Below, in pieces: positions 34,658-45,014 of a DNA stretch of 64,000 nucleotides (position 1 is its first letter; every line of letters starts with the position of its first letter). The DNA is taken from the NCBI GenBank assembly GCA_947302355.1, contig CAMYUU010000001.1, positions 465 through 64,464 on the forward strand, given 5' to 3'. Source of the stretch: an uncultured Candidatus Saccharibacteria bacterium. GTDB taxonomy: Bacteria; Patescibacteriota; Saccharimonadia; Saccharimonadales; Saccharimonadaceae. Both the position numbers and the translations under genes were made by a program. The notes under the pieces are model-generated. The model was not told where the DNA came from. It was given only the letters and a program-made list of their open reading frames with translations, and did not search any database.

Positions 34658-37600
34658 TTAAAAACCGGAGACACAACGAATCGAAAAACCATTGTGTTTT
34701 TCATTGACGCCATCTTCAGTAATTGAGCTAGTTGTCAAGCGAAAAGTACTAGCCAAGAAATTTGACGATCTAGAAGACCAATAAAACCCTGTAGCACCAC
34801 GAAACGATGCCGAATTTTCAGACCACGAGCCAGAATAAATAAAATTATTCGGAAATGTGCGAATTCTTTTAGAACCCATCTGCTTATCAGTAATAGCGTT
34901 TATTTGATCACTTAAGTAATAAAAACCACCTTTAGTGTTGCCACCACCAGTACCAGATTCATTACCACCATACGGAAGTTTCCAACCAGATGGGCAAATA
35001 TCCCCTCCTACATTACCAATTAAAGAATTAGCATTACCATAACCAGCCGTTGCGGAATACCAGTTATAATAATTACCATAGGCATAAATAGTATCATCAA
35101 AGCTCGCATGTGCATCAACAGAAATAACTTTTTGAATCTGATTTGGCGTTACACCAGCTACAGTATTAGTAGTATTTAAACGGGACTGATTTTGGCAAGT
35201 AGTACTAGATTCAGCACACCAACCAAATGGAGCCAAAGACGCATCATAGGCTACACTGGAAGACGGAGACAAAGAATTAGACTTAGTAGCCAGTGAACTG
35301 TCGGCATTATAAATATTAGTAATTGGTAAAGTACTATTATTACCATCAATGTTAGTATTGGAGACAGAAAGAACAGTAGACACAGTATTCGCGTTTTCCT
35401 CATGCTCATTAGATAGTCTTAGATTTTCTACCGTCCAGCAAACATCGTCCGCAAGTTTAGCGACAGCATAAACTTCGCCATCTCGCTCATCAGTGAGAGC
35501 TGTAATACTATTTCTAGCTACGACAAAAGCATCGGTATCACTATTGTAAACAGTAGCAGTCATCGAACTACAGCCATTCCATCCTTGAAGATAAACTGGA
35601 TTATTACTGCCGTCTTTCTCAGCCGGAGCCCAAACTGCATAAAGAGTAATGACTTTATTATTATTCGCCTGCAAAGACGAAACGGTAAATGTCTCATTGG
35701 GTCCCCATATTTTAACATCATTATCCGGATCGTTATCTGCAAGTTTACTCCAGGCACTCGCATCCGTACTCCAGCCTACAAAACCATAACCCGCTTTCTT
35801 AAAATTGGAAGCAAATAGATCAAATGTTTCATTTTCATCCACATTAATATGCCGTACTGTTTTTAGACCGGTATTGGCGTCGGTAGACCCCATACCAGTA
35901 TTATCATTATCGGAGCCATTACCATCATATTGAACAGTATAGGATCCATCGAAAACGCAGCGGACTGAGTGCCCGGCGTAGTTACCGCTGTTCTTACTGC
36001 TTGGGTCGATGTTGGTACTGGTAAAGTTTAGTTTGTAAGCGCTGCTGGGAATGTAGGCCGAGGCAGACCAATAGTGCCCGCCGTAGCCCCTGTTGGACGC
36101 CTCGCTGCCACCCCAGCTGCCGGAGTAAACAAAGTTGTTGGGGAACATGCGCCACTTGTTAGACGCTACGCTGGTGCCTTGATATGCTCCTGTACCGCCC
36201 ATTTGTTTGTCTAGATACGAGAAACCACCTTTAGTGCCACCAATATTACTTCCGGAAGTTCCAGTATTACCGTAAGGAAGTTTCCAACCAGCTGGGCAGA
36301 GATCTCCTGCAGTAGGTTCACTAGTGCTTCTGCTATAAGTTCCGTAACCCACAGTGGCAGAATACCAGTTGTAGTAGTTGCCGTAACTATAGATAGTGTT
36401 ATTGAAGTTAGTATGAGCATTAGCAGAAGTGATGCTTTGGGTTTGGGATGGGGTGATATTGGCTACGGTATTAGTGGTGTTCAAGCGGGATTGATCATCA
36501 CAAGCAGCAGAATGAGTCGTACACCAGCCATAGTTTGTATCATTTGCGCTGTCCTGGCTGGATGATGGCGAGAGGGAGTTAGATTTAGTGGCGAGTGAGC
36601 TATCGGCATTGTAGATATTAGTAATAGGAAGAGTGCTATTATTGGGATCTATATTAGTGTTTGAAGTAGAAAGGGTAGTAGCAACGGTACTGCCACTTTC
36701 GTCGTGGGTATCAGCTAATCTTAAGTTTTCTATCATCCAGCAATTATCATCAGCGAGTTTAGCAATAGTATAAACTTCACCATCTCTTTGATCAGTAAGG
36801 GCAGTTATACTATTTTTGGCTACGGTGAGGGTGCCAGTAGTACTATCGTAAGTCGTGGCAGCCATAGCAGAGCAGCCAGTCCAGTTCTGGAGGTAGACTG
36901 GAGCGCTAGTAGGATTGCTCGGGTCAGTCTTTTCGGCTGGGGCCCAGATGGCATAGAGAGTGGTAATAGGAGTACCATTATACGCTGGAGCGGTGATGAT
37001 TTCATTGGGTCCCCAGATTTTCGCGTCATTCGTGGTGTCATTATCCGTTAGTTTATTCCAAGCATTAGCGTCTGTACTCCAGCCCACAAAACCGTAGCCT
37101 GCTTTCTTAAAATTACTAGCGAAGAGATCAAAGGTGTCACCTTCAGCTACATTGGTATGTCTCACCGATTTAAGACCATTGGCGTCAGTAGATCCCATAC
37201 CCGTAGCATCGTTGTCTGAACCATTGCCGTCATATTGTACGGTATAGATGGGTGCCCAGTGGGCATAGAGAGTGATACTATCACCAGGATTCGCTCCGGT
37301 CACCGCATAAGTGCTATCCACTGGATAAGCCGTACCAGTACCATCAGCATTAGTAGTCCATTCTTTAATCTTCCAACCAGATAAGTTAGTCCAAGCATTA
37401 TAATTCTTAAGTGTACCTGAACCATTACCGGAAGCATCCAAATTAATTTTCTGATTTAAAGTACTTATAGACTTATCGTCAGTACAGTTAGCATCATTTG
37501 GGGCCCAAGTTTTACAGTTGTGGACATAGTTAATTGTGTATTGTGGGGTCCACTGGGCATAAAGGGTTTCACCCGTAGAACCAGCTGGGATAGTGAAGCT

Positions 37601-39829
37601 AGATGTGTAAGATGTGCCAGAACCATCTGGGGCAGTATTCCAATTTTTAAAAACATAGCTAGCTTGCGCAATAGATGCTGAAGGGTTGGATGAGCTAGGC
37701 AAGGTTACCGTACTGCCAGCCGTACCATAAACTCTAGAAATTGCTCCAGTACCATTATTTGAATCCAAAGTAACTCCTACGTCCGATGAACCAATAAGAC
37801 AACGAACGCTAAAGCCGTCGTACTTATTGTTGCCGTTGTAGGACGGGTAGAGATACGTAGAGCTGAGGCTTAGATGGTAAGAGCTGAGGTTGCCGATTGC
37901 TGACCTACTCCAGTAGCGGCCGTACGTGCCACGATTATTCGCGGACGAGCCGTAGAAGCGGCCGGAGTAGAGGAAATTGTTTGGGAAAGTGCGGAAGCGA
38001 TTACTCATAATGTCACCAGCATTGGCAGCTCCATCTTGGTTACTTCCATTTCCGCCGTAGCTAGTAGAGAGAGTACCAAACTCCTTGGCAGTTCCGTTGC
38101 TGGACGGTAAATACCAGTTAGATGGACAGATGGAGGTACCAGCAGCTTCAGAAGTGGAAGAACTGGTGTAATAGTTAGTATTTGCCATAGCAGCTGCCCA
38201 GGTGTAGTAGTTGCCATAGCCGTAAATATTTGATGATGTATGATAGTTGGTGCCACTATTGGATGGGCTAGAAGCATCAGTATAGTCTTGCGTATAAGTA
38301 ATACTATCCACTAGGCTTACGGTGTTACTATTATTATAGCGTGGGAAACGGTAGGCTGGGTAGTTGGTTGAGCCAATATCTTCTAAAGTGCCATTACCAT
38401 CATAAGTATCAGTTGGCGAAGCGGCAGATGATTTGTAGATAGAGTTTGAAGTAGCAACATTAATGAAGTTGGCAGATTCTGGGTCAGCGAGACCTACGAA
38501 ATTACCATAGGTACCAGTAGTGCCACCATAACCTTGTGAGAGGCTTTGGTTAGTTACGTTGCTGTCATTAATGTTGTATCCTACTGTGCCTTCGTGTTCT
38601 AGTCTTAGGTTTTCTGCCATCCAGCAGTTACCATCAGCTAGTCTAGCCACAGTATAGACCATATTGTCACGTTTATCAGTAAGAGCGATAAAGCTGTCTT
38701 TTGTTGCGGTGATTTTACCTTTTTCATCAGTCACAGTATCATCAAAGACTGTTTGGGTTAAAGTACTACAACCATCATGTGGAAGTGTAGTATTAGGATT
38801 ATCCCAATCCTGGAAGTAGATGGTATTATTGTTGCCGTCTTTAGCTGCTGGTACCCATACGGCATACATATTGATTTGGTTTCTATTAGTAGCTGTAGCT
38901 ATGAGGTCTGCATCTATTACTACATCCTCCATCGGACCATAGATGATTGGATCATTAGTATTATCATTATCAGTAAAGTGAGTGTAAGCATCACTATCTG
39001 TGCTCCATCCTAAGAAGCCATAGCCTGCTTTTTTGAAATTAGATGGCAGAAGAGTAATCTTGGTATCTTCTACGATATTGATTTGCTTAACACTCTTATC
39101 ACCAATAGCATCAGTAGTACCCATACCATTAGGGTTATCTGCGCCATTAGCTTGGTATTGTACTTTATATGTCGTACAGGAGGTATCCATAGTGAGATAG
39201 TAAACAATAGTACCAGCATTATTATTACCATCCTGAGCCATTTGGTATGTTCCTGGAACAATGGAAGTATCCACCTTTACACCATAGTAAATATGAAAGG
39301 TATCATTAATATCACTACTAGGACTAGCTGTTTGAGATGAAGTCTTTAATGTAGAAGTAGTAGTAGATAGTGGAGAAAAGACAGTAGAACCAGTAGGATT
39401 ATTGGTTAATGTATATCCCCACTTGTTAGTATTATTACTACTACTTAGAGCTGAAGTACCATCTACTGCCGTAAAGGATGCACTAGCTGCTGGTGTATTG
39501 TTATCGTATTTATATAGATCACTACCCTCAGGTGTAGCAATAGACAAATTATATCCACTACGACAATCTGATATTACATTAATAGATTCATCCTTAATAG
39601 TTACGCCATCATTATCTACTACAGCATCTAGTTCTATAGAATTGTTAGTAGACATACTTACGGAATAGGCGGAAGCAGAGCTGGTGTTAAATACAAAAGA
39701 ACACAAGAACACTAATGACAATGAACCAGAAAGCAAAAAGAATAGGAGAAGACCTTTCTTACCTACATTATTAATATAGGTATAGTTCTCCAACAAAATC
39801 GTATTAACACCTTTTTGTTTTGCTCCCAT
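34658..39829 (-). CDS. giant surface protein: Listeria/Bacteroides-type B-repeats alternating with three FISUMP (Fibrobacter succinogenes major paralogous) domains
   Basis: 1723 aa. N-terminal TM/signal (LLLFFLLSGSLSLVFLCSFVF). B-repeat pattern Y.V.Y..NG....G.....F...GY.F.GWSTD. FISUMP pattern D.RDG.VY...KLAD..CW..ENLR...YGNYYNWY.A...CP.GWKLP...GFS.RC, three times. Confidence 0.85.
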   Translation of the reverse strand: MGAKQKGVNTILLENYTYINNVGKKGLLLFFLLSGSLSLVFLCSFVFNTSSASAYSVSMSTNNSIELDAVVDNDGVTIKDESINVISDCRSGYNLSIATPEGSDLYKYDNNTPAASASFTAVDGTSALSSSNNTNKWGYTLTNNPTGSTVFSPLSTTTSTLKTSSQTASPSSDINDTFHIYYGVKVDTSIVPGTYQMAQDGNNNAGTIVYYLTMDTSCTTYKVQYQANGADNPNGMGTTDAIGDKSVKQINIVEDTKITLLPSNFKKAGYGFLGWSTDSDAYTHFTDNDNTNDPIIYGPMEDVVIDADLIATATNRNQINMYAVWVPAAKDGNNNTIYFQDWDNPNTTLPHDGCSTLTQTVFDDTVTDEKGKITATKDSFIALTDKRDNMVYTVARLADGNCWMAENLRLEHEGTVGYNINDSNVTNQSLSQGYGGTTGTYGNFVGLADPESANFINVATSNSIYKSSAASPTDTYDGNGTLEDIGSTNYPAYRFPRYNNSNTVSLVDSITYTQDYTDASSPSNSGTNYHTSSNIYGYGNYYTWAAAMANTNYYTSSSTSEAAGTSICPSNWYLPSSNGTAKEFGTLSTSYGGNGSNQDGAANAGDIMSNRFRTFPNNFLYSGRFYGSSANNRGTYGRYWSRSAIGNLSSYHLSLSSTYLYPSYNGNNKYDGFSVRCLIGSSDVGVTLDSNNGTGAISRVYGTAGSTVTLPSSSNPSASIAQASYVFKNWNTAPDGSGTSYTSSFTIPAGSTGETLYAQWTPQYTINYVHNCKTWAPNDANCTDDKSISTLNQKINLDASGNGSGTLKNYNAWTNLSGWKIKEWTTNADGTGTAYPVDSTYAVTGANPGDSITLYAHWAPIYTVQYDGNGSDNDATGMGSTDANGLKSVRHTNVAEGDTFDLFASNFKKAGYGFVGWSTDANAWNKLTDNDTTNDAKIWGPNEIITAPAYNGTPITTLYAIWAPAEKTDPSNPTSAPVYLQNWTGCSAMAATTYDSTTGTLTVAKNSITALTDQRDGEVYTIAKLADDNCWMIENLRLADTHDESGSTVATTLSTSNTNIDPNNSTLPITNIYNADSSLATKSNSLSPSSSQDSANDTNYGWCTTHSAACDDQSRLNTTNTVANITPSQTQSITSANAHTNFNNTIYSYGNYYNWYSATVGYGTYSRSTSEPTAGDLCPAGWKLPYGNTGTSGSNIGGTKGGFSYLDKQMGGTGAYQGTSVASNKWRMFPNNFVYSGSWGGSEASNRGYGGHYWSASAYIPSSAYKLNFTSTNIDPSSKNSGNYAGHSVRCVFDGSYTVQYDGNGSDNDNTGMGSTDANTGLKTVRHINVDENETFDLFASNFKKAGYGFVGWSTDASAWSKLADNDPDNDVKIWGPNETFTVSSLQANNNKVITLYAVWAPAEKDGSNNPVYLQGWNGCSSMTATVYNSDTDAFVVARNSITALTDERDGEVYAVAKLADDVCWTVENLRLSNEHEENANTVSTVLSVSNTNIDGNNSTLPITNIYNADSSLATKSNSLSPSSSVAYDASLAPFGWCAESSTTCQNQSRLNTTNTVAGVTPNQIQKVISVDAHASFDDTIYAYGNYYNWYSATAGYGNANSLIGNVGGDICPSGWKLPYGGNESGTGGGNTKGGFYYLSDQINAITDKQMGSKRIRTFPNNFIYSGSWSENSASFRGATGFYWSSRSSNFLASTFRLTTSSITEDGVNEKHNGFSIRCVSGF
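34661..35941 (-). repeat. intragenic module 3 (B-repeat + FISUMP), boundaries approximate
   Basis: Starts YTVQYDGNGSDNDNTGMGSTDANTGLKTVRHINV...; paralogous to module 2 at both protein and DNA level. Confidence 0.7.
35942..37256 (-). repeat. intragenic module 2 (B-repeat + FISUMP), boundaries approximate
   Basis: Starts YTVQYDGNGSDNDATGMGSTDANGLKSVRHTNV...FASNFKKAGYGFVGWSTDANAW. Confidence 0.7.
37796..39169 (-). repeat. intragenic module 1 (B-repeat + FISUMP), more diverged, boundaries approximate
   Basis: Starts YKVQYQANGADNPNGMGTTDAIGDKSVKQINI...; ends GFSVRCL. Confidence 0.6.
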
Positions 39830-39904
39830 TATTAATGTATAACCTTAAATTATATATCTATATTAGCATGAGCTTTTTGAAATGCAAGAGTTTTTATAAA
39901 AATT

Positions 39905-42900
39905 TTATTTAACCACTACACTAGTTTCGCCCACGAGTTCACGGAGCTTAACCAGCAGGTCTTGGTCAGAAGTATCTACTTTAAATGGCATACGAAGCGG
40001 GCGCTTTTCTTCCCCCTCTTTTAATACTAGCACTACTTCTTGCATACCTAGATAAAGATCCGCAAGACGGCGAATAGCTTTGAGAATTTCGACGTCATCG
40101 GGGTTTTCGATTAGAATATATAAGCGTTCTTTAGTGTGATCTTTGGGTGGCTCCTTAAGGATACGAGGCGGTTCGGCTGGAGCAGAATTAGACGATACAT
40201 CGCTACCAGCGTAGACACGCTCAGCAGAAGTGCGTCCGCCACGCCTGCGATTCCCTCCTGGAGCTTTGACTGGCGCAGCAAGTTTGGTGCCGGTAGGTTT
40301 GTAATTTTCTAAGGTTTCATCGGAAACCAGCTCGATTGACTCAGCTAGAATCTTAATATCTGAGGTAATGTTGCCGTCTCTATCAGTGGCATTGATTTTA
40401 CCAGAGACACGCAAGACATTATCTACTTCGAGCTTGGCGCCATGTTCAGCAAAAACGCTCGGAAAAACGATGAATTCAGTCTCGCTAGTTTTGTTCTCAA
40501 TTTTAACAAAGGCCATCTTATCGCCCTTCTTAGTAAGGATAGTGCGGACATTGGTGACGATGCCACCGATGGTGATAAGTTTATTATTGTTTTCTGCAGT
40601 GATGAGACTCATGGGGTGAGTCTGTTCTTCAAAATAAGTGTCATATTTATCTAATGGATGAGCCGAGAGATAAAGCCCCATGAGATCGCGTTCCCAAAGC
40701 AATTGTTCTTTTTCTGGAAACTGAGTAGGGGCGGGTTTAATTTCTACTTCTGGAATGACACCAGCTTCGCCCATCATGCCGAATAAATCAGTTTGGCCAG
40801 AACCTACGTCTTTTTGGATTTTGGCACCGTAGGATTGGATTGCCTCGAGATTATACAGGAGATCTGAGCGCGAGGAGCCAAAACGGTCAAAAGCGCCTGT
40901 CTTAATGGCAGATTCCCAAGATTTCCTGTTAAATTTGGTTGAATCTACTCTTTTCGCAAAATCGCAAACAGATTGAAAGGGACCATTTTTGTCTCGTTCA
41001 GGAATCACGATTTCTTCAACTAAGGATTTACCCATGTTTTTGATGCCGGAGAGGCCAAAACGGATGGTGTTTTCGCCACCAACAATACCAAAATCGCCAT
41101 AAGATTGATTAATGTCTGGGCCGAGAACTTTAAGACCCATGCGTTTGCATTCGGAAATTTCGATGGCGAGGCGATCGGTCCAGCGCATGTCGGATGTCAT
41201 AAGAGCTGCCATGAAGGCGTCTGGAAAGTGGGCCTTTAGATAGGCAGTCCAATAAGCAATTAGACCATAACACGCGGCGTGAGATTTATTGAAGCAATAG
41301 TTTGCAAAGTCTAGAAGTTGGCCCCAGAACGTTTCAGCTATTTCTCTAGTGGCGCCGCCAATTTTAATTGCGCCCTCAATAAACTCTGGTTTGACTTTAT
41401 TCATGAGATCGATCTTTTTCTTACCTACGGCCTTGCGCAAGGTATCCGCCTGGCCACCAGTAAAGCCGCACCATTCCTTAGAGATCTGCATGAACTGCTC
41501 TTGGTAAATCAAAATGCCATAGGTGCTTTTGAGAGAGTTTTCGAGACCAGGGTGAAGGTAGGTGATTGGTTCTTCGCCGTGCTTGCGCTTAATAAACGAA
41601 TCAATAAACTGCATCGGGCCTGGGCGGTAAAGTGCCACCATAGCAATGATGTCTTCAAAAGTTGAAGCTTTGAGGTCTTTGAGATAGCGCTTCATGCCGG
41701 CAGATTCTAGCTGGAACACGCCAGTAGTCTCGGCGCGCTGTAATAGCTCGTAGGTCTTTTCATCGTCTAATGGCAGTGAATACATGTCGATATCCGTATT
41801 GTAAACTTTGCGGACCATACGTAAGGCATTATTGATCACGGATAGGTTAGATAAACCAAGGAAGTCCATTTTAAGAAGCCCCATTTCTTCGACTTGGCCC
41901 ATTGGGAATTGGGCCGCCACGGGGCCTTTGGCTGAAACTTCAAGTGGCAAAAACTTATCCAAATCATCTGGTGCAATGATTACGCCGCAAGCGTGAACGC
42001 CGTGGTTACGAATTGTGCCTTCTAGACGCGAGGCAAAATCGATTACCTCCTTACTAGTAGGATTGGTTTCGTATTCTTGTTTTAAGTCTGGCACTTCTTT
42101 AATGGCGTCGGACAAATGTACGTGATGTCCCATGACTGGATCGGGCACCATTTTAGCTAATCTATCCGCCTCGGCATATGGCACCTCTAGTACACGCGCT
42201 ACATCGCGCACAGCGTTTTTGGCCATCATTTTACCGAAAGTAGCAATGTTTGATACTCTTGCTTCACCATATTTACGCGTACAATATTCAATTACTTCAT
42301 CACGCCTGGTATCTTGAATATCAGTATCGATATCAGGCATACTGATACGGTCTGGATTCAAAAAACGTTCAAAGAGCAAATCGTACTTAAGTGGATCTAA
42401 CTCTGTAATACGTAAGGCATAAGCCAGAATTGAGCCCGCCGCACTACCTCGCCCTGGGCCGTAGACAATACGCTGTTCCTTGCCCCAGTTAATGAAGTCT
42501 TGCACGATTAAGAAATAACCGTTATAGCCCATTTTGTCTACTACGGATAATTCGTAATCAATACGTGGTAAGATTTGGTGTAATTCATCTCGGTCCTTGT
42601 CGATCTCCCCTAAGATTTTACGGCATTCTTCAATCGACAAATCGACTGTATCTTCTAGCTTTTTGTCACCATAACGATATACTAAGCCTTGGAAAACTAG
42701 TTTATCTAGATAAGTCTTTTCGTCGTCATCGGTAGGAATGGGAAATTTAGGAATCAAAATACGACCGAGTTGCAAATCTACGTCGCAGCGGTCGGCGATT
42801 TTCTTGGTGTTTAATACGGCCTCTGGGCAAGTATCTTGCCAGTGTTCGATAATTTCTTGAGCCGGAATGACATGAAGGTCGTAATCTTTTAATGTCATGC

Positions 42901-43633
42901 GATTAGGGTCAGAAAGATTGGAGGCAGTACCAATGCAAAGTAATACCTCATGTGCATCTTGATCTGCCTTTTTAAGATAATGCGCGTCGCAAGTAACTAC
43001 GAGCTGTAATCCGAGTTCTTTGGCGTGAGCCATATGCCAATCGTTTATTTTTTTCTGCTCCGCCGAGTGAGTAGAAGATTTAGGATGGCCGTGATCTTGC
43101 ATTTCAAGATAGAAACGATCACCATAAACTTTTTTATACCAATTGATTAACTCAATAGCGCGTTCATCGTCGCCCGCGCGAATGGCTTCGCTAATCTCGG
43201 AACCCATACATCCAGACAAGCAAATAATTCCTTCATTGTATTTTTCCAATTCGTCATGATCGGTACGCGGCTTATAATATTTGCCATATATTTCGGCGTT
43301 ACTCATAATGTGACAGAGGTTTTCGAAACCTTTGGCATTCATGGCGAGTAAAGTAATATGAAATCTCTGCTTGTCGTGGGCTGGATCCTTATCCGTCATT
43401 TTGCGAGCAGCGACATAAGACTCTAATCCAAGAATAGGCTTAATGCCATTTTCGTTGCAAGTCTTATAGAGTTCAACAAGGCCAGACATAGTGCCGTGAT
43501 CTGTGACGGCCACAGCTTCCATGCCGTCATTTTTAACGAAATCAACAAGCTCTGGGATTTTCGTTAATCCATCAAGTAGCGAATAGTGCGTGTGATTATG
43601 GAGATGAACAAAATCACTATTTTTTAATTTCAT
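39905..43633 (-). CDS. dnaE: DNA polymerase III alpha subunit
   Basis: 1242 aa. PHP domain FVHLHNHTHYSLLDG, polymerase core (PDIDTDI), OB fold; Gly/Arg-rich C-terminal extension. Confidence 0.96.
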   Translation of the reverse strand: MKLKNSDFVHLHNHTHYSLLDGLTKIPELVDFVKNDGMEAVAVTDHGTMSGLVELYKTCNENGIKPILGLESYVAARKMTDKDPAHDKQRFHITLLAMNAKGFENLCHIMSNAEIYGKYYKPRTDHDELEKYNEGIICLSGCMGSEISEAIRAGDDERAIELINWYKKVYGDRFYLEMQDHGHPKSSTHSAEQKKINDWHMAHAKELGLQLVVTCDAHYLKKADQDAHEVLLCIGTASNLSDPNRMTLKDYDLHVIPAQEIIEHWQDTCPEAVLNTKKIADRCDVDLQLGRILIPKFPIPTDDDEKTYLDKLVFQGLVYRYGDKKLEDTVDLSIEECRKILGEIDKDRDELHQILPRIDYELSVVDKMGYNGYFLIVQDFINWGKEQRIVYGPGRGSAAGSILAYALRITELDPLKYDLLFERFLNPDRISMPDIDTDIQDTRRDEVIEYCTRKYGEARVSNIATFGKMMAKNAVRDVARVLEVPYAEADRLAKMVPDPVMGHHVHLSDAIKEVPDLKQEYETNPTSKEVIDFASRLEGTIRNHGVHACGVIIAPDDLDKFLPLEVSAKGPVAAQFPMGQVEEMGLLKMDFLGLSNLSVINNALRMVRKVYNTDIDMYSLPLDDEKTYELLQRAETTGVFQLESAGMKRYLKDLKASTFEDIIAMVALYRPGPMQFIDSFIKRKHGEEPITYLHPGLENSLKSTYGILIYQEQFMQISKEWCGFTGGQADTLRKAVGKKKIDLMNKVKPEFIEGAIKIGGATREIAETFWGQLLDFANYCFNKSHAACYGLIAYWTAYLKAHFPDAFMAALMTSDMRWTDRLAIEISECKRMGLKVLGPDINQSYGDFGIVGGENTIRFGLSGIKNMGKSLVEEIVIPERDKNGPFQSVCDFAKRVDSTKFNRKSWESAIKTGAFDRFGSSRSDLLYNLEAIQSYGAKIQKDVGSGQTDLFGMMGEAGVIPEVEIKPAPTQFPEKEQLLWERDLMGLYLSAHPLDKYDTYFEEQTHPMSLITAENNNKLITIGGIVTNVRTILTKKGDKMAFVKIENKTSETEFIVFPSVFAEHGAKLEVDNVLRVSGKINATDRDGNITSDIKILAESIELVSDETLENYKPTGTKLAAPVKAPGGNRRRGGRTSAERVYAGSDVSSNSAPAEPPRILKEPPKDHTKERLYILIENPDDVEILKAIRRLADLYLGMQEVVLVLKEGEEKRPLRMPFKVDTSDQDLLVKLRELVGETSVVVK

Positions 43634-43827
43634 TTCGCTTTTTTGGTGGTTTTAGTAGATTTTCGTCCTACTGTTTCGACTGGAGCGGTATCGCTCTCGT
43701 CGATCTCCTCACCGCTATCCATGTTGTTTTTAATGAATCTACCAGCAATGGCTCCAGCGACACCACCAAGCAAAGCTCCTAAGAAAAACTTACCTTTCCC
43801 AGATTTATTTTTGGTCTTTTTTGCCAT
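43630..43827 (-). CDS. YtxH-like small membrane protein
   Basis: 65 aa. KGKFFLGALLGGVAGAIAGRFI (Gly-zipper helix); Lys-rich ends. Confidence 0.5.
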   Translation of the reverse strand: MAKKTKNKSGKGKFFLGALLGGVAGAIAGRFIKNNMDSGEEIDESDTAPVETVGRKSTKTTKKAK

Positions 43828-44113
43828 CTTTCTTCTCCTTCTTTTTTTCGTTCTTCTTAGCTTTCTTCTCTTTTAGCTTAGGGCTAACATATTTATCTAC
43901 AAACATTTCGACTACACCACCGATTGAAGTCATACCTTTAACATTTGACACTATACCATTGGCGTTGTCTGCAATATCTTGACCTTTGACGACTATTTTT
44001 TGGGCGTCTTTGGTGAGCTCAATTAATTTAACGATTAAGATGATTCCCAAAATTAGGAAGATAATAAGAGTGACGCTTAATATTGCAACTATTATCCATT
44101 CTGCTATATTCAT
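43805..44113 (-). CDS. DUF948-like membrane protein
   Basis: 102 aa. N-terminal TM IAEWIIVAILSVTLIIFLILGIILIV, then a helical segment; Lys-rich tail. Confidence 0.5.
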   Translation of the reverse strand: MNIAEWIIVAILSVTLIIFLILGIILIVKLIELTKDAQKIVVKGQDIADNANGIVSNVKGMTSIGGVVEMFVDKYVSPKLKEKKAKKNEKKKEKKDGKKDQK

Positions 44114-44114
44114 A

Positions 44115-44996
44115 TTATTTTCTCCTTGAGTCTATTATATCACGTATTCCATCGACATAGTCGGTTTCGGATAAGGCGTACTCAAGATATGCCATGAAAT
44201 AATTTTTGGGGTCGCCAGTAGTAACCCATTTACCACGACTATGTGCGACTATTACATCGCCATGTTCGGCGAGCTTAGTAATTGCGTCTACTGTCCATAA
44301 TTCACCATCTAATCCTGTATTAGATGGGACGAGATAGTCAAAGACTTCAGGCGTCAATAAGTAACGTCCATAGCTAGTGAGATTGCTGGGTGAAAGATCT
44401 GGTGTTTTGGGCTTTTCGACAATATGACTCAAAGTGCCATTTTCCTTGAGGGCGATCATGCCGTATTTATTCCAGACTTCTTCAGGCATTTCTTGAGCCG
44501 CGATGACGGCTTTAGCTTCTTCATGCTTTTGATATTCTTCGATTAAAGTCTTGACGTCTCCTTGACCCAGAATCAAATCATCACTGTATAGCACTACGAA
44601 GGCGTCTTCGTTTTCAACAAATTGCCTAGCTGATACAATTGGAGAGCCATTACCGTAAGGTAAATCGGGGTCTTGTTCGATAATAATGATATTGGGGAAA
44701 TTCAAAACGTTTTGGACTGACTCGAAACGATCAGACTTGCCCTGCTTATCCAGTAGAGCCTTTACATTTTCGGCGGGATTATGAAAATAATCTTCATAAA
44801 TTGCTTTGGACTTAGTATTCGGGGTAGCAACTATGATAATTTCTTCAATGCCGGCCTCAGCACATTCTTCGACACATAGCTGCATGACTGGCTTGGCCCC
44901 AATTGGGACCATGGCTTTTGGAATCGTCTTGGTGACTGGTAGGAAGCGACTAGCAAATCCTGCATCCGTGATGATGGCTTTTTTGATTGTAGGCAT
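44115..44996 (-). CDS. galU: UTP--glucose-1-phosphate uridylyltransferase
   Basis: 293 aa. KAIITDAGFASRFLPVTKTIPKAMVPI matches the GalU N-terminal signature. Confidence 0.85.
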   Translation of the reverse strand: MPTIKKAIITDAGFASRFLPVTKTIPKAMVPIGAKPVMQLCVEECAEAGIEEIIIVATPNTKSKAIYEDYFHNPAENVKALLDKQGKSDRFESVQNVLNFPNIIIIEQDPDLPYGNGSPIVSARQFVENEDAFVVLYSDDLILGQGDVKTLIEEYQKHEEAKAVIAAQEMPEEVWNKYGMIALKENGTLSHIVEKPKTPDLSPSNLTSYGRYLLTPEVFDYLVPSNTGLDGELWTVDAITKLAEHGDVIVAHSRGKWVTTGDPKNYFMAYLEYALSETDYVDGIRDIIDSRRK

Positions 44997-45014
44997 TTGT
45001 TCTCCTTATTATAA

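Noticed and set aside
40170-40290. GC-rich segment in the dnaE 3' region (encoding PGGNRRRGGRTSAERVY...) as another family-1 element copy
   Set aside because: It shares only a 9-mer (GATTCCCTC) with copy B. No palindromic arms or core hairpin were found.
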